A stretch of DNA of 64,000 nt from Eledone cirrhosa (GCA_964016885.1 OZ024746.1:34596001-34660000), one strand, 5' to 3'; counted from the first letter of the stretch, positions 39,730-54,439 are shown. Notes: generated by a model not told the origin, from the letters alone. Program-made: numbers and translations.

Positions 39730-42270
39730 TATACTAAATGTCACGCCAGTTAGAAAACTATAACCCTACCCTGCCCACACAGATACTGTTCCAAAATCGT
39801 AGGAACACAAAGGAAAAAAATCTCCAACCCGGACTATCAACAAACCGAACCTCAATACGTCCGAAACTTCATACAAGACCACACAACAACAAGGGAAATG
39901 CCATTAGATATAATAATACCATTGAAAAAACATTCAAGAAAAAAATATTTTTTAGACCACGGCTACAGGACCCTCGACACCCGGTGGCACAAACTGATTT
40001 TGAAAAACCGAAAATAATCAACCTTTCAAATACAAACCTCTCAGGCCAACAAGTAAAAATTCTCTCAAAAGGATTGAAATTCACACCAACACCACAATAC
40101 TCTAACCTCAATGAGTAAAATACGATATCTCACACTTCTGTACAAAATTACGTCTGACAGAGGAATTCTTTGACAAGGCGAATAACGACCAATCAATTGT
40201 ACGGAATAAAAGCAGCTACAACCCACCAAAAGGTAGAAACAGAGTTCTGGACAAATTTTGTGACCACATAGCTACTTTTCCATACCATGAACTACCGCAA
40301 CCTAAACCCAAACCCAGCACGAGTCGAAGGGAATGGGAGATTATCCATGAACTAAAAACAATACGGACATTATAATTAAGGAAGCGGACAAGGGAAGTAC
40401 TGTTGTCATTGTGGATGCTGAAAAATATAAAAATTCTATGTTCTCTCTCTTACAAAATAATAATTACTATGAAACAGTAAAAAAACTACCAGCAATCAAA
40501 AACAATGACCAGATTAAACACACTGATATGTCGATACCAGGAATACTTAACTAAAAAGGAACGCGATTATTTAACATATGTTGAATACAAAACCAGCAAC
40601 CTTTACGGACTTCCGAAGATCCACAAGTGTAAAATAATTAACGATGCCTGTAAACAATCCACCTCAGCCTGCGTGAACACAGACCTTAAATTAAGACCGA
40701 TTGTAGCGGGCCCACAATGTGAAACACAGACTGAGCAACTTTATAGACATACTACTAAAACCAATTCTCAAAACCAAACATTGTAAGAGAAGATCTGGAC
40801 CTCTTAAACCACCTCCCCAAACATGTCAACAATGACACTATTATTGTGTCTTCCGATGTAGTGAACATCTACGCAACGATCCCACGCCAATACGGACTAG
40901 AAGCAATAGGATTATGGCTAGAGAATACCCCAATGAGATACCTGGCAGAATAGACAAATACTTCATCACCGACGGATTAAAATTTATCTAACAGAACAAC
41001 TTTTTTATTTCGATCAAAGCAGTACTTACAAACAAATATCGCGGACTGCAATGGGTACAAAAGCCGCTCCAACTTATGCCAACTTAGTCATGGCACATTT
41101 AGAAGTCCAGATATATGAACAGTCCAAATCAAAATACGGATTGAACTTCCACAAATATTTATCATAGAAATGGAAACGCTACTTAGATGATTGTCTCATT
41201 CTTTGGTCCCACACACTCGACCAACTGAATGATTTCAAAAACTTAATAAACCGCATCAATAATTGTTTCTACTTTAGGCACAAGGCCAGCAATTACCCAG
41301 TGCATTACTGGTACTTTATTTTATCGACCCCGTAAGGATGAAAGGCAAAGTCAACCTCGGCGGGATTTGAACTCAGATCGTAAAGGGACGTAACTATGCT
41401 GGAAAGCATGGCGTCCGACCCTCTACCGATACTGCCAATCCATCAATAATCACATCCAATTCACAATGGAATACAGCCAAGATCAACTCCCATTTCTGGA
41501 CATCTTAATCTTTAAAAAACACACAAATATTGAAACTGACATGCACTACAAACGAACAGATTCCAAACAATACCTGCTATTCACCTCCAACCATCCAGAG
41601 CACATGAAGACGAACATTCATTTTAACCTAGCAAGAAGAATTTGCACAATTGTCTCCAATTGTGAAACGCGAAATAAAGACTTCAAGAACTAAAGGAAAT
41701 TCTACTCGAAAGATAGTACCCACCATTACTAAATAATGGAATAGAAAGGGCTATCGCAATAGGAATTGATGAATTACGAAAACAGAAACAAATTCAAGGT
41801 ACGTCCAATATTCTATCATATATCTCAACACACAACCCAAGAAATACGGACGCTTACAACATTATTCACAAGAACATCCCACTACTGAAACAAGACCCAA
41901 GAATGAACAAAACTCATGAAACACACAAAATAATACAACCGAAATCACCAATGCTAAATTACCTACCACAAACCCACAACCAACTGTCAAACAATGTGGT
42001 CGCTCTAATTGTGCAACCTGCCCTCACATCATTGAAGGCAACACGTATACATTTAAATCAGGACAAAATTTTGCTTCGCCAACAGTTCATCGCCAAAAAT
42101 TACGAGATCCAACCACGATACAGATACCATTAAGCGCACATCTAGACATATGCGCAAGTAATAAGACGCCCAAATTCCAAGTCTTCCCATTTTACCTTTA
42201 CGCTGACAATGCAACAGAACAAATACGAATAAAAAAGGAAAATATGTTTATTCAAAAATATTCCTACTAA
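39730..42270 (+). mobile_element. Neptune-like PLE, near full ORF but decayed
   Basis: LSKGLKFTPTP, IKEADKGS, LYGLPKIHK, LRPIVAG, TAMGTKAAPTYANL, RYLDD, LPFLD motifs across broken frames; interrupted by a SINE. Confidence 0.88.
41264..41440 (-). mobile_element. tRNA-derived SINE inserted in PLE RT, 10-bp TSD
   Basis: TSD catcaataat at 41254-41263 and 41441-41450. Confidence 0.92.
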
Positions 42271-42282
42271 CGAATCATTTTC

Positions 42283-42315
<33 letters not shown>

Positions 42316-42589
42316 ATATATTCTCTTCATCTTAACATGCTAACCATTCACCCACACACACATAAAATCCATACACACACACACACATAACACACACATA
42401 CAAGCACACACACCCACACACACAACTCCCTCCCACATTTCTACTAATAGAATCATCTTCCTATACACACACACACACGCACACACTCACACACACACAC
42501 ACAATCACACAAATAAACATACATATCTTTACTTTCTTTATTTCAATAGAAAATCTGTATTCGGAACCCCAGGTAACCAACCATATTCA

Positions 42590-43140
42590 CTGAACCAGAA
42601 CAATTCTCTCATCCCATTTCTCTTGACCATTATCTTTTGCTTGTCATAAAATTCTCTAAAAGGCTACAAAATAAATTCCCACATACGGGCGCAAAATTTA
42701 ATGAATTTGTTCACATGAAAGACATAATTTCATTTATAACCAATCAAATTATATTTATTAAAAAAAGCCTTCGAGAGCCACTTTACTGAAAGTAAAAAGA
42801 AATTCAAACAAACTTACGCGAAAGCTGATATACTTAGTCACATGACAACATCAACTAACCAAAGATTACTCATATATGAAAAAAGAACCTGCTATATTCT
42901 CTGACCTAGAACAATTCTCCCATCCCATTTCTCATGACCATTATCTTATGTTTCTCATAAAATTCTGTAAAAGGCTACAAAATATATTCCCAAATACGGG
43001 CGCGATATTTAATGAACTTGTTCACGTGACAGCCATAATTTCATTTATAACCAATCAAATTACATTTATTTAAAACAAGCCTTCGTGAGTTCCTTTTTTT
43101 AAGTAAAAAGAAATCCAAACACTCATATATGGAAAAACAA
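42590..43140 (+). repeat. Diverged ~310-bp tandem duplication downstream of the Neptune-like ORF
   Basis: ctga.c.agaacaattctc.catcccatttctc recurs at about 42590 and 42901. Confidence 0.75.
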
Positions 43141-43207
43141 CCTGATTTTTAATTTTAATTGTAATTTTAATCTTAATAATTTTTATTTCTTTATTTTTTA
43201 TTTTTTA

Positions 43208-43345
43208 TGTTACATCCCTTTACGGTCTGAGTTCAAATCCCGCTAAGGTTAACTTTGTCTTTCATCCTTACGGCATCGATAAAATAAAGTACCAGTAATA
43301 CACTGGGATAATTGCTGGCCTTGTGTCAAAAGTAGAAAGAATGAT
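43208..43345 (+). mobile_element. tRNA-derived SINE, 5'-truncated
   Basis: gagttcaaatcccgc...gataaaataaagtaccag...gtagaaa. Confidence 0.82.
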
Positions 43346-43407
43346 TAATATTCGAAAAACTCAGATTACATTTATTGTATTCAGCCATGTAGAGCGACAT
43401 TTTCTTT

Positions 43408-43479
<72 letters not shown>

Positions 43480-43915
43480 GTACATATATTTATATATATA
43501 TGTGTGTGAGTGTGTATGTATAGTATATGAAACCATTTATTGTATACCAATGAATTTTCTTTTGATAGCCATTTTCTTGTCATTTCCATCATTTTCAATT
43601 AATCATTGTTCGAATCATTGGTGTCAAATAACATAACGGCTGCTATATTTTCTGACTGCATTTCCCGAGCAATAAATTCTACAATTAAAAAAAATTGTTT
43701 TCATAAAAATAAAATGATGCAGCGATATTCTCAAAATGAATGAAATAAAAGTAAATATACATTTGCAAAAATGTGCATATAAAATATATACAAAGGAAAT
43801 AGCTTGGAAAATAATGTATATATATGTATGATGTATTAGACACACACATACACACACATGCACACACACACACACGCAAACGCATACGCATACACAAAGT
43901 GTTATATATATATAC

Positions 43916-44013
<98 letters not shown>

Positions 44014-44474
44014 ATGTATATATGCGTATGTGTGTGTATGTATGTATGCATATATCTATATACATATATCTATATACATATATATCTATATACATATATA
44101 CAAGTGTGTGTGTGTTTTTTATTTATGTATGTATACATTATATAGGGAAACTGGGAGAGATGGTGAATCGTAGAGAGAGTTAAAAGAATAGAGCCATGTG
44201 AAATTCTATATTTCATAAGTGTGATATGTAAACATTACTTTCTGTGATGTTTTCTGCAGAAGAGTAGAAGATAGAGGAACTAATATTTACTTTCTGACAA
44301 ACAGATATTTCTTTGAATGTTGTTTCCAATTGAAATTGTCACAAACGAACAGGCAAAAAATCTCTCAGTAGAAGATCTTTTTATCCTTTATCGCTATCAA
44401 ATTTGACTCATAAATTAGATGAAAATAGATGGAATTGTGTACATACTAATAGGTAAATTTAGTGTATATATATA

Positions 44475-44554
<80 letters not shown>

Positions 44555-44703
44555 CAAGGGGAAGCTTAGTAAAATCTAAGCTTTGGCTGTGGGCAAGCAA
44601 AGTCGAACTATCGAGTTATTCTCGTCTTAATGTTAAGCTCTGACCATAGCAATACACATACACTCATACACACACTCACGCATACACACACTCTCACATA
44701 CAC

Positions 44704-44793
<90 letters not shown>

Positions 44794-45271
44794 ATGTGTA
44801 TAGAATGCAGTAGGTTACGAATTGCACTATATTTTAATTTATTACTTAAGCGGGTAGTAGACAAATAGGATAACATGCATTTCAATGTAAATTATCAGAT
44901 ACAATCACTTCTGGGAACATTTACGTCTATAAATATTATTGATGTAGTTTGTATTACGTAATTCGATACAGCGGAAGCTTACGTTGTTGATTATATACCA
45001 TATATCAAGTCTTACTCGACTTAATATATGGTATTTAGCCCCAGATACATTTTTGACTGCATTAGTAACGGTAGGAAAACTAGATTTATAAGAAAGACCT
45101 TTTAACCAAAGACAGGAAACTACCTACACCATATTTATATGCATGTGGCTGTTTTTTATTTGCAATTGTTGACCATTTTACACTATTATCCGTGTCAAAT
45201 GTGGCTTTTCTTTTTTAGTGTTCCACTATAATTTTACCTATAACCTATCTTATCCTCTATCACGCAAATCC

Positions 45272-46130
45272 TTGTAGTAAGAAGCAGAGGCGCTAAAGAT
45301 GTCTTCATTGGCCGAGATGCCGGAAATTCTGATTGAGACGCTTTTAACTAAGATATCGTTAGCGCCTCTGCACCTTACTACAACGACGCCCTCGCCCACA
45401 ACGGATTTAAAGAATAGATCACTTATCTAGAAACCACCCCAAGACTACCTGGGTGGAATAGGCATATGCAGATTAGTTGGTACAACCCTCCTTCAATTGA
45501 GAAGTTTCTACACCCATAGAAATTGCTGAACATACACTTCCCCACGCAACATAGGTACTACACTATCTTTAATAAGGATACAACAAGACTCTCCTACTCC
45601 ATTAATCCAAACCTAGCTAGGAATATAGCCAATCTCAACACTACACATTTAAATAAACCTACTACCTCCGAACCCAATCTCCGGACGGGAGCGTTGTGCA
45701 ACTGCCAAAATAAGGAAGCCTGCCCACCTGAAAACAAATGCCTGACAAATGACAACGTATAGAAATGTGATGTCATCTCAGGCACTGATGACAACAAAAC
45801 GATTTACATCGGCATGACTTCCAACAATTTTAAGAGCCGATGATGTGCCTATACCCACTCTTTCAGAAGACCGAACAAATCAAAGCATACAACACTCGCC
45901 TCCTATGTCTGGGACCTCAACAGGAAATCCACCCTTTCATGCTTAAATGCAAAGCGCGCTCATACAAGAGAGGACACAAGTGCTGCTACCGTTGTATTTC
46001 AGAGAGCTACGAAACACTGTTTGCCAAGGGCCCGGTACTGAATAAAGTCTCTGAGCACAGCCCGAATTGCATGCACAAAAACTTTACAGCGTTCAAATAT
46101 CGTAAGCCAGTGTTGATGCCAGATGGCTAA
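45272..46130 (+). mobile_element. Decayed PLE 3' fragment (third lineage) with short 5' inversion
   Basis: APYYNDAL, WYNPP, CNCQNKEACP..NKCL and IYIGMT..FK.R motifs. 45272-45305 is the reverse complement of about 45350-45383. Confidence 0.78.
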
Positions 46131-46377
46131 AAACATTCCCTTTTTTAAAAAAAAAAAACACTGGATACATTATCTCCTCCACCTCCATCCTACCCTACCC
46201 ATAACCCCATCACGATGCGCCACAAGGCACTAGGGATATGTAAGTACTTCTTACCTATCTGATTTTTCTTATGTATAACGTACTTCATTAAATGCATGTA
46301 TATAAGTATGTATTTGATTATGTATGTGTGTGTATAAGTATGTATATGATTATGTATGTGTATATGTATGTTAGAGG

Positions 46378-46480
<103 letters not shown>

Positions 46481-46523
46481 AATATTTACATATATACATA
46501 TATTAAAAATATATGTATATATG

Positions 46524-46656
<133 letters not shown>

Positions 46657-46859
46657 GGTGGCTGCCAACTCGTTTTCGAGTACGGCCAATACTTTATATA
46701 CATGTAGGAGAACCCGTACCGATGCGCTGAACGAGTGTGACATTTTAGTCTAGCCATCGATTTGAAAACTCTGGTAAAAACACTACACTTGTGACAATTA
46801 TGGACACATAGTGGTGGGCCCATGGTACCATGTGACGACAAGTGCAGAGAGATCTCCAG

Positions 46860-47262
46860 ATATAAAGCAATGCCTGTGCCGTGAAGCTTTTATAGTGAGC
46901 AAAGGCACTGCACAAAACCAGTCCCACTCTCTTAACCAAGATGATATGTACCAAAAAGAAGAACAAGTCAACATCATTGGATACCATCAGGGTTGCAGGT
47001 GTTATATCAGAGTTTTCCTTCTAGAATTGTGCCTTGACAAAGGCTAAGGGGTCATCTCTCCCGGTGATTTTGGATGGCCATTGACTCTTTAGAGCTCCTT
47101 TGCCCTTTGACAGGTTTTGTTTTTAGTCCTGCAGGATGTCTAAAGTCACCCTCCTCACTAAGAAACCTTGGTGGGGTTGCCAGTTTAGTCGCCAACGACC
47201 CGACCATGAGACAGGTTGTGCTGGGATACATGTTACCAGTAGCATCAACTGGTGACCTGACC
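46860..47262 (-). mobile_element. Probable RTE-type LINE 5' UTR fragment
   Basis: ggcgactaaactggcaacccc and ctagaaggaaaactctga resemble RTE-clade 5' UTR motifs as I recall them; no coding region attached. Confidence 0.4.
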
Positions 47263-47305
47263 AAATATATATATACATATATATATACATGTATATATAT
47301 ATAAG

Positions 47306-47397
<92 letters not shown>

Positions 47398-47399
47398 TA

Positions 47400-48572
47400 C
47401 AACATTAAATTAAGGTTGACATGTCTGAGAGACATGCGCCATATTAACTGCAGAATAACCTCAAAGATTCCTATGAATAGATCCGAGTATTTTTTATCAA
47501 CTAGAAATAGATTGACACATATATATATATATATAAAATAAACACATGAAAGAATCCCAGGGAATAATTTGCAAAATATGTAAGCACGCATTGATAGGTA
47601 GGTAACTAATTAAATTTTAACTAGAACTTCAAATATTGATACCTTCTAAAATGATTAATCTCCTTTGTATATATTTCTTTAAAAAATATATTTCACCAAT
47701 TAACCAGTAAATCACACAGGTCAAATCCTGGATGGTCACCAAAGGAGAACATCCATGCATCTGTGCTTACACAGCAAATGCAAATCTGTGAATGACTCGA
47801 ACCACGTGTTGCATTTTATATCGAACCGCGTCACCCCAGTGGCGTCAATAGGATTATAAAAATATATTTTTTAAAGAAATATTTACAAAGGATATTAATC
47901 TTTTTAAAAAGTATCTATATTTGAAGTCCTAGTTAAACTTTAATTAGTTACCTACCTAGCTATGTATGCTTACACACTTTACACATTATTCCCTGTTTAT
48001 TTTATATATATATGTGTGTCAATCTATTTCTAGTTGATATAAAATGCTCGGATCTATTCATTAGAATCTTTGAGCTTATTCTGCAGTGAATGTGGCGCAT
48101 GTCTCTCAGACATGACAACCTTAATTTAATTTTGGATATATATATATATATACAGCCCCTTGATTGTAGAGCTAATTCAGTTGAATGGACTCGGCTACTA
48201 TTTCTATCTGTCGATAATCCTATTCACGCCACTGGGATGACGCGGTGCGATGTCTGTATTTTTTATAAAATGCAACGCGTGGTTCGAGTCATTCACAGAT
48301 GTGCATTTGCTGTGTAAACACAGATGGTTGGATCTTCTCCTTTGGTGAACATCCAGGATTTGACCGCTGTGATTTACTGGTTAATTGGTGAAATTTATTT
48401 TGTTATATAACGAAATATATACAAAGGAGATTAATCATATTTGAAGTTCTAGTTAAACGTTAATTAGTTACCTACCTAGCTATGTGTGCTTACACACTTT
48501 ACAAATTATTCCCTGAGATTGTTACATGTGTTTATTTTATATATATATGTGTCAATCTATTTCTAGTTGATA
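47400..48572. mobile_element. 533-bp non-coding unit (family A): inverted partial copy + ~1.3 tandem copies
   Basis: 47400-47858 is the reverse complement of parts of 47860-48570; gtcaatctatttctag recurs at 48018 and 48551 (period 533); (TA)n flanks. Confidence 0.82.
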
Positions 48573-48594
48573 TATATATATATATATATATATA

Positions 48595-49480
48595 CAAAAT
48601 TAAGATAAATTAAATGAATTTAATCCAAATCGAAATTGTGGGTATGATGTGTAGACACAACACGTGGTAGCGGCCAGTGGAAGATTTGAACTCGCTGTGT
48701 GAGCATGGATAGCTGACATTATTCTTCCTTGTTGACAATCCAATAATATCCACTTTCCGTGACTTACCATCTGATTAATTGGTGAAATATATTTCTTTAA
48801 TGGGATATATACAAGGAAGGTTAATCATACTTAAAGGTATACATTTAATTATTATCCAAACTAGCCATGCGTGGTTACACGCTTGTAAAAATTATCTCCT
48901 GTGGTTATTCATGTATATTTATATGTTAATCAATTTCTAGTTATTTTAAAATGCTCGGATATATCTTTGAGCTTATTTCCAGGCGATATGGCGCACGCCG
49001 TTATGGCATGACACCCACAATTTTGATTTGGATTAAATTCATTTAATTTATCTTAACTTTGGATATAGATATATATATATACGGCTCCTTAATTGTAGAG
49101 CTATTTCTGTTGAAGGGAATTTGACTGCTATTTCTAGTTGTCGAATACCTATTCACGCCACTGAAACGGAGCTGCTGTGATGTGTAGACACAACACGTGG
49201 TAGCGGCCAGATGAAGATTTGAACTCGCTGTGACAGCATGGATAGCTGGACATTATTCTTCTTTGTTGACAATCCAATAATATCCACTTTCCGTGACTTA
49301 CCATCTGATTAATTGGTGAAATATATTTTTTTAATGGGATATATACAAGGAAGGTTAATCATACTTAAAGGTATAAATTTAATTATTACCCAAACTAGCC
49401 ATTTGTGGTTACACGCTTGTAAACATCATCTCCTGTGATTATTCATGTATATTTATATGTTAATCAATTTCTAGTTATTA
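48595..49480. mobile_element. 533-bp non-coding unit (family B, related to A): short inversion + ~1.6 tandem copies
   Basis: gatgtgtagacacaac recurs at 48646 and 49179 (period 533); 48595-48642 is the reverse complement of about 49014-49061. Confidence 0.82.
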
Positions 49481-49533
49481 TATATATATATGTATGAAAT
49501 ATAAGAATCAAAGAACTATTCAAAACATTTTTG

Positions 49534-49580
49534 TGCTTACAACTGTTTCCTCCAAACCGAGGTTTGGATTCTTCGGAGCA
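49534..49580 (-). ncRNA. Hammerhead ribozyme with U4C substitution
   Basis: Reverse complement reads tgct CCGAAGA aTCCAAAC-ctcg-GTTTGGAg GAAA CAGTTG TA agca; ~45-nt tail then TA repeat. Confidence 0.65.
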
Positions 49581-50510
49581 ATTTATTAATGAATGGACAG
49601 TTATATGACCTCCTTTTCACCCAAGAGACATACAGATACATATGCAAATATTGTGGGTCAACATTCATTACAGCATTTAGAGTGACAGTACACACTTAGA
49701 GATTACATTCATATTAAAATGTACAATAAAAAATAAAAAATACAGGTTAAAATACAACATGAAAATAAGCGGTTATATAGTGCAAATGTTATATGTGTGG
49801 CAAGCACGTGCGTCTTGTTTATATAGTGTGGCAGAGAGTTACGTGTAGTAGAAGCACTTAGGTAGGTAAACAAGAGTGTTAGGTTGGTTGATCTGGTGGC
49901 AAATTCTTTATATGTTTGTTATAGTCTGTGTGTGGAGAAATGATATAAGCATTAAAAATAGTGCAAGCATTAAAGATATTAAAAGTATTGGAAATGCACA
50001 GCGAAGGGGTGATATGGACTTCATGTACTTCGACATTTTCATAGTCAGGGGAGTCTATTTTTCAGATTATATGCCCCTCACATAATCCACGACAATTCGA
50101 TATTGAGCGTTTGATAATCCAGTTATATTTTATATAACTGCTCTGTAATTCATCTTATGTTTTTAAATTGAGCTACTTAACTTGCTGGTAATAAGGTAGT
50201 AATATATTACTGCCTACCACTATTTAGGGTTTGTATAAAAAAATATATATAACTGCAAAAGGTTTTTGTATTTACATAACAATAAATAGTATAATTAATA
50301 CTATATATATGTATGTATACAAACAAACATACATATACACACATACATAATCATATACATCTTATACATAAACAAATACATACACACATACATATATACA
50401 TATATATATATGTGTTTGTATATGTGTATATGTATGTGTGTATTGCATGCATGTATGTGCATGTATGTGTATATATGTATGCTTGTTCATGTATATATAT
50501 ATATATATAT

Positions 50511-53500
50511 TTATACTCTGGGAGGGTTATGTTGCCAATAAGAAACACACGCACCAGTTGCTTTCACTTCAATTTATTATAATAAATTTGTAAGAAATTT
50601 ATAAATTTATAAATTTCTGGTGTTTTGGTTGGTTCCACAACCAGATAGTTGTTTATATATTGTCATAGTTCTTTCGTCACACACTCTGTGACCTCTTCAG
50701 TGACTGGGGATTCCTTTCTTTGTTTCTGTGCCTCTCCTTTGTTCTGTCCTACGCCATTTTGTTTCTGTGTGTGTGTTGTGTGCTCAGTCTGCGCATGCGC
50801 CACATCCAGGTGTCTGTGTGTGTGTATGTTCATTTATTTATTTGTTTATTTACATGTTACTGGTTGGTTGTTTGTTCTATGTGTGTGTGTGTTTTCATTT
50901 TGTCCTTAATGGTAAGTTGTGATGTTGCTGTTCCACTCATATTTTCTATTTAAATTTGGTTGTAATTCTTTTATGTTTATTGCCTCTGTGATTTGTCTAA
51001 ACATTGCGTCTTTTCTGTGTGTAGATTCTATTTTTATTTCTATGTTCTCTAATTTACCCTTGTGTTCTATTTTAGCATGTTGGTAGAGTACAGATGATTC
51101 TTTACTATCTTGAAGGTCTCGCCAGTGTTCATTTATCCGTTCCCCTACACTACGATCTGTCTCACCTATGTACACTATATTTTTGTCTTTACGTTGGCCT
51201 TCAGTACATCTTATGCTATACACGACATTTCTAGTTTCACAATTAATATGGGGGCTTATTTTACAGGTTATACATTTCTTATCTATACATGAGGGTCTTT
51301 GAAAAGGGTATGTATTGCTAATAAGTGTTTTTACGGGGGTACCTGTTCTTTCTACTATCTTAATATTGAGTTTATGTTTATCTAGGGCCCTTCTAAATTT
51401 GTAAGCTAATTCACCTCTAGGGGTTGTATCGATGAACATTACACTCTGGTATTTATTGCTATCATACCATGAGTTTATTCTATTAGCCTTGTTCCTAGTT
51501 CTTTCTATTCTATTCCAAAATTTGCTCCTATACAAGGGGCAGGTCCCATTTATGTCATTATTTACCATTTTTACCCATTTGGTTCTGGCTCCTCTATACA
51601 CTCTGATTTTATCTCTCTGATTGTAGCCAGATAACTGCATACGGTGGATGAAGCGTTGTATGTGTCTCTCTAGTTCTTCGGGGTTGCACATGCGGGACAC
51701 GTTTCTCATCACCCGTACCAAATCCGGAATCAGGATGTTGATTTTGGTATGGTCCGAAACGGCCGAGTTTCGGTGGATCAGATATTTGGAAGTCATGGGT
51801 TTGGCATTATGGGAATGGAGGATTTGTTTTTTGTTATTAATGGTATCTAACAAGAGCTATGTGTCTAGTACAGGTAATCGATGGTGGGGGTGTTTACTTG
51901 GGTAGTCTATAGTAACTTTAATGCTCTGGTTCATGGAGTCAGCTATTTGCTGGATGCTTTCCATAGTGTTTTTCTCTAGTTTCTGACTGTTCTCTAGTGG
52001 GGGTGTCTTAACTACGATGTTTATATCATCAACGTAGCGGGAGTACATTATCAGGGTTAAGAGGTCTTCTAATTATTCTTTAAGTTTAAGTTTAAGTCTA
52101 CTGTCCCACCATACCATGAATAAGTTAGCTATGTCGCCTGCAATGCTAACACCAATGGCTGCTCCTTCCTCTTGGGCATATGTTTTTCCATTAAATTTGA
52201 ACTTATGTTCCTTAAGGGCTAGTTTTATGCTGGCCCCTGCCGCATGTGCAATCATTTTCTTCAGTTCATCGTGGTTTTCGGGTGTCCGTATGTCTCTGGT
52301 CCACCCGTTCAATCTATCTGTGTTGGTTTTCTTGGCCATTGAGGTAATGGTAGGTGGTCTGCCTTTTGCTGGTCTTGTAGGGCACAGGTTGCTAAGGTCA
52401 TATGTGTCTAGGTAATTATTACTATAGGTAAGTTTAAGTAGGAGTGCCAGCTCACTGGTATCAATCCCACGGAACTCAACATTGCTCTCACTGATCATTT
52501 CTACGCATTTCTCCACAGCAAAATCCACGTCAATAGATGGATACAGGGACACAACATCCATGCTACCTATTATGCAGTTTGTTAGGTCCCTAGATCGGTT
52601 ACCATCGCCGATTCTGCTGAGGAGGTCCTCCGTGCTATCACATACATCTGGGGACATTTAAATGATGGCGCGTATGATCAGGGAGAGGAAGTAGGACAGT
52701 CTGTAGTTACTAGCAATGTTAGCTCCACAGACTGGCCGTGTTGGTGTTCCCGCGACAGGGTCACTGCCGGTTTTATGGTCTTTTCGAAGCCCATACAACG
52801 CCGGCACGTCATTGTTCCAGGCCTGGAAGTTGTTGGTAGTCCTTTTGTAGGGCTCCATTATATTCGTCCACATCACCATATGGGCATTGAGGGCTTTTTC
52901 TCTATCCTCATGCTCCTGTGGTGTTACCTCTCTTGTGTTAGTGATGTCGGATTGCATTGCCAGGATGTAGTTTGGCAGGCTGTCAACCGACATTCTGCCA
53001 GACTTGAATGTTGGAAAGCATGCTATCTCTCCATTACGCGAGCGCTGCATGAGCTTACGCAAGCCATTTGCAGATTTTTCTCCCAGTTGCTGGGCCTCCA
53101 TTCTATTATGCTTATTGCTATACTGTTCTATAATATTTCTAAGTTCGTATCTATCTATACTAAATTGTGCTTCTGTTTGTTCATCGACCTGCGACGGCAA
53201 TTGCGTGCGTTTGTTAAATTGTAAAGTCGTGGCGTGGACTCGTCGCAGGTCGAACGATTTATCGGAGGGATTATAAAAAGTAGAGTTCCAGGCTGCTGCT
53301 TTATGTGTACTAGTGCTATTGTTATTGTTAGTTGTGTTGTTTCTATTTCTATTTCCACAAACAGCCTCATGGTCGTTTCTATGTCTCTCATAATTACTCC
53401 TGTCTCTTTCCAATGGCTCATTGTTGTTATCTACCCTATTGTGTGTGTCTGTGTGTTCGTCTTGGTTATTTTCTTTGTCCTTAGTTTCCCTTCTCCTTTT

Positions 53501-54425
53501 AATCCTATTACTTTCCCTTATTTCTGTGATTTCTGTGCTACTGTCATTACATGTTTTCTGTGTTTGTGTGTTTGTTAAGATTGTGGTGGTGGTGAGAGGC
53601 ATTGAATGTGTGTGTATTGTTGTTTTTGATGTGTGCTGATGTTGATGTCTGTTGTTGTTGTCTCCGTGTGTGTTATTATTGTTGTGTGTGTTGTTATTGT
53701 TGTTCGTGTCTGCGTGTCTGTTGTTGTTGTTTCTGGGTATGTTATTATTGTTATTGTTGTTGTTGGTGTGTGTTGTTGTTATTGTTGTTTGTGTCTGTGT
53801 GTCTGTTGTTGTTGGGATGTGTGTTGTATATGTGTGTGCGTATATTGTTGCTTTTGTTTTTGTTTTTGTTTTTGAAGCTCCAGCGTAGTTTTGTAAATGA
53901 TGTTTCTATTTCTGACAGACAACTAATCATATTTACCTTCTTGAATGTCGCAAATTTCGGGGGTAGACGTAATACAGATAACTCATCGTCATCTATTACT
54001 GTGTTGCCGTATATATTTGTGTTGTTGTTGTTGTTGAAATCATCTGTTAATGAGGTGTCGGCCATACTTATACCGTCAATTTTGTCGGGATATCTATTGG
54101 TATTCTCTACAGTATCCTGTTTTAGTTTCTTGCTAAAGTGCTTATCACATTCTTGAGTAATGTACTGTTCTTCAGGACGTATAAGGCTTATAAATATTAG
54201 TTTCTCTCTTGGTGTGGTGATCCTAGCTATTTTTTGTATTAGGTTACGCTTATCTTTTTCTTGATGACTTAATTCTCTATAGATCTTTTTTTATGTTTAG
54301 AATTAGTGTTCGTTTTAGCCTATTTGCTTGTTTTTTGGTGAGTTGTAATCTTCTGATGTCGGTGTTGATGGTGTTGGTGTAAACTCGACGAGGCACATTC
54401 TTTTATGATGTGTAGTTGTCGAGAT
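50511..54425 (-). mobile_element. Penelope-like element, left arm of head-to-head pair
   Basis: KSGR, YGLRKDHK, TRPVCGA, GSMDVVSLYPSI, EGAAIG, RYVDD, LPVLD, then VVYSIRC...VYIGETDR...R..EH (GIY-YIG). HHR at 50662-50704 (-). Confidence 0.92.
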
Positions 54426-54439
54426 GTTATGGTTTTTCG

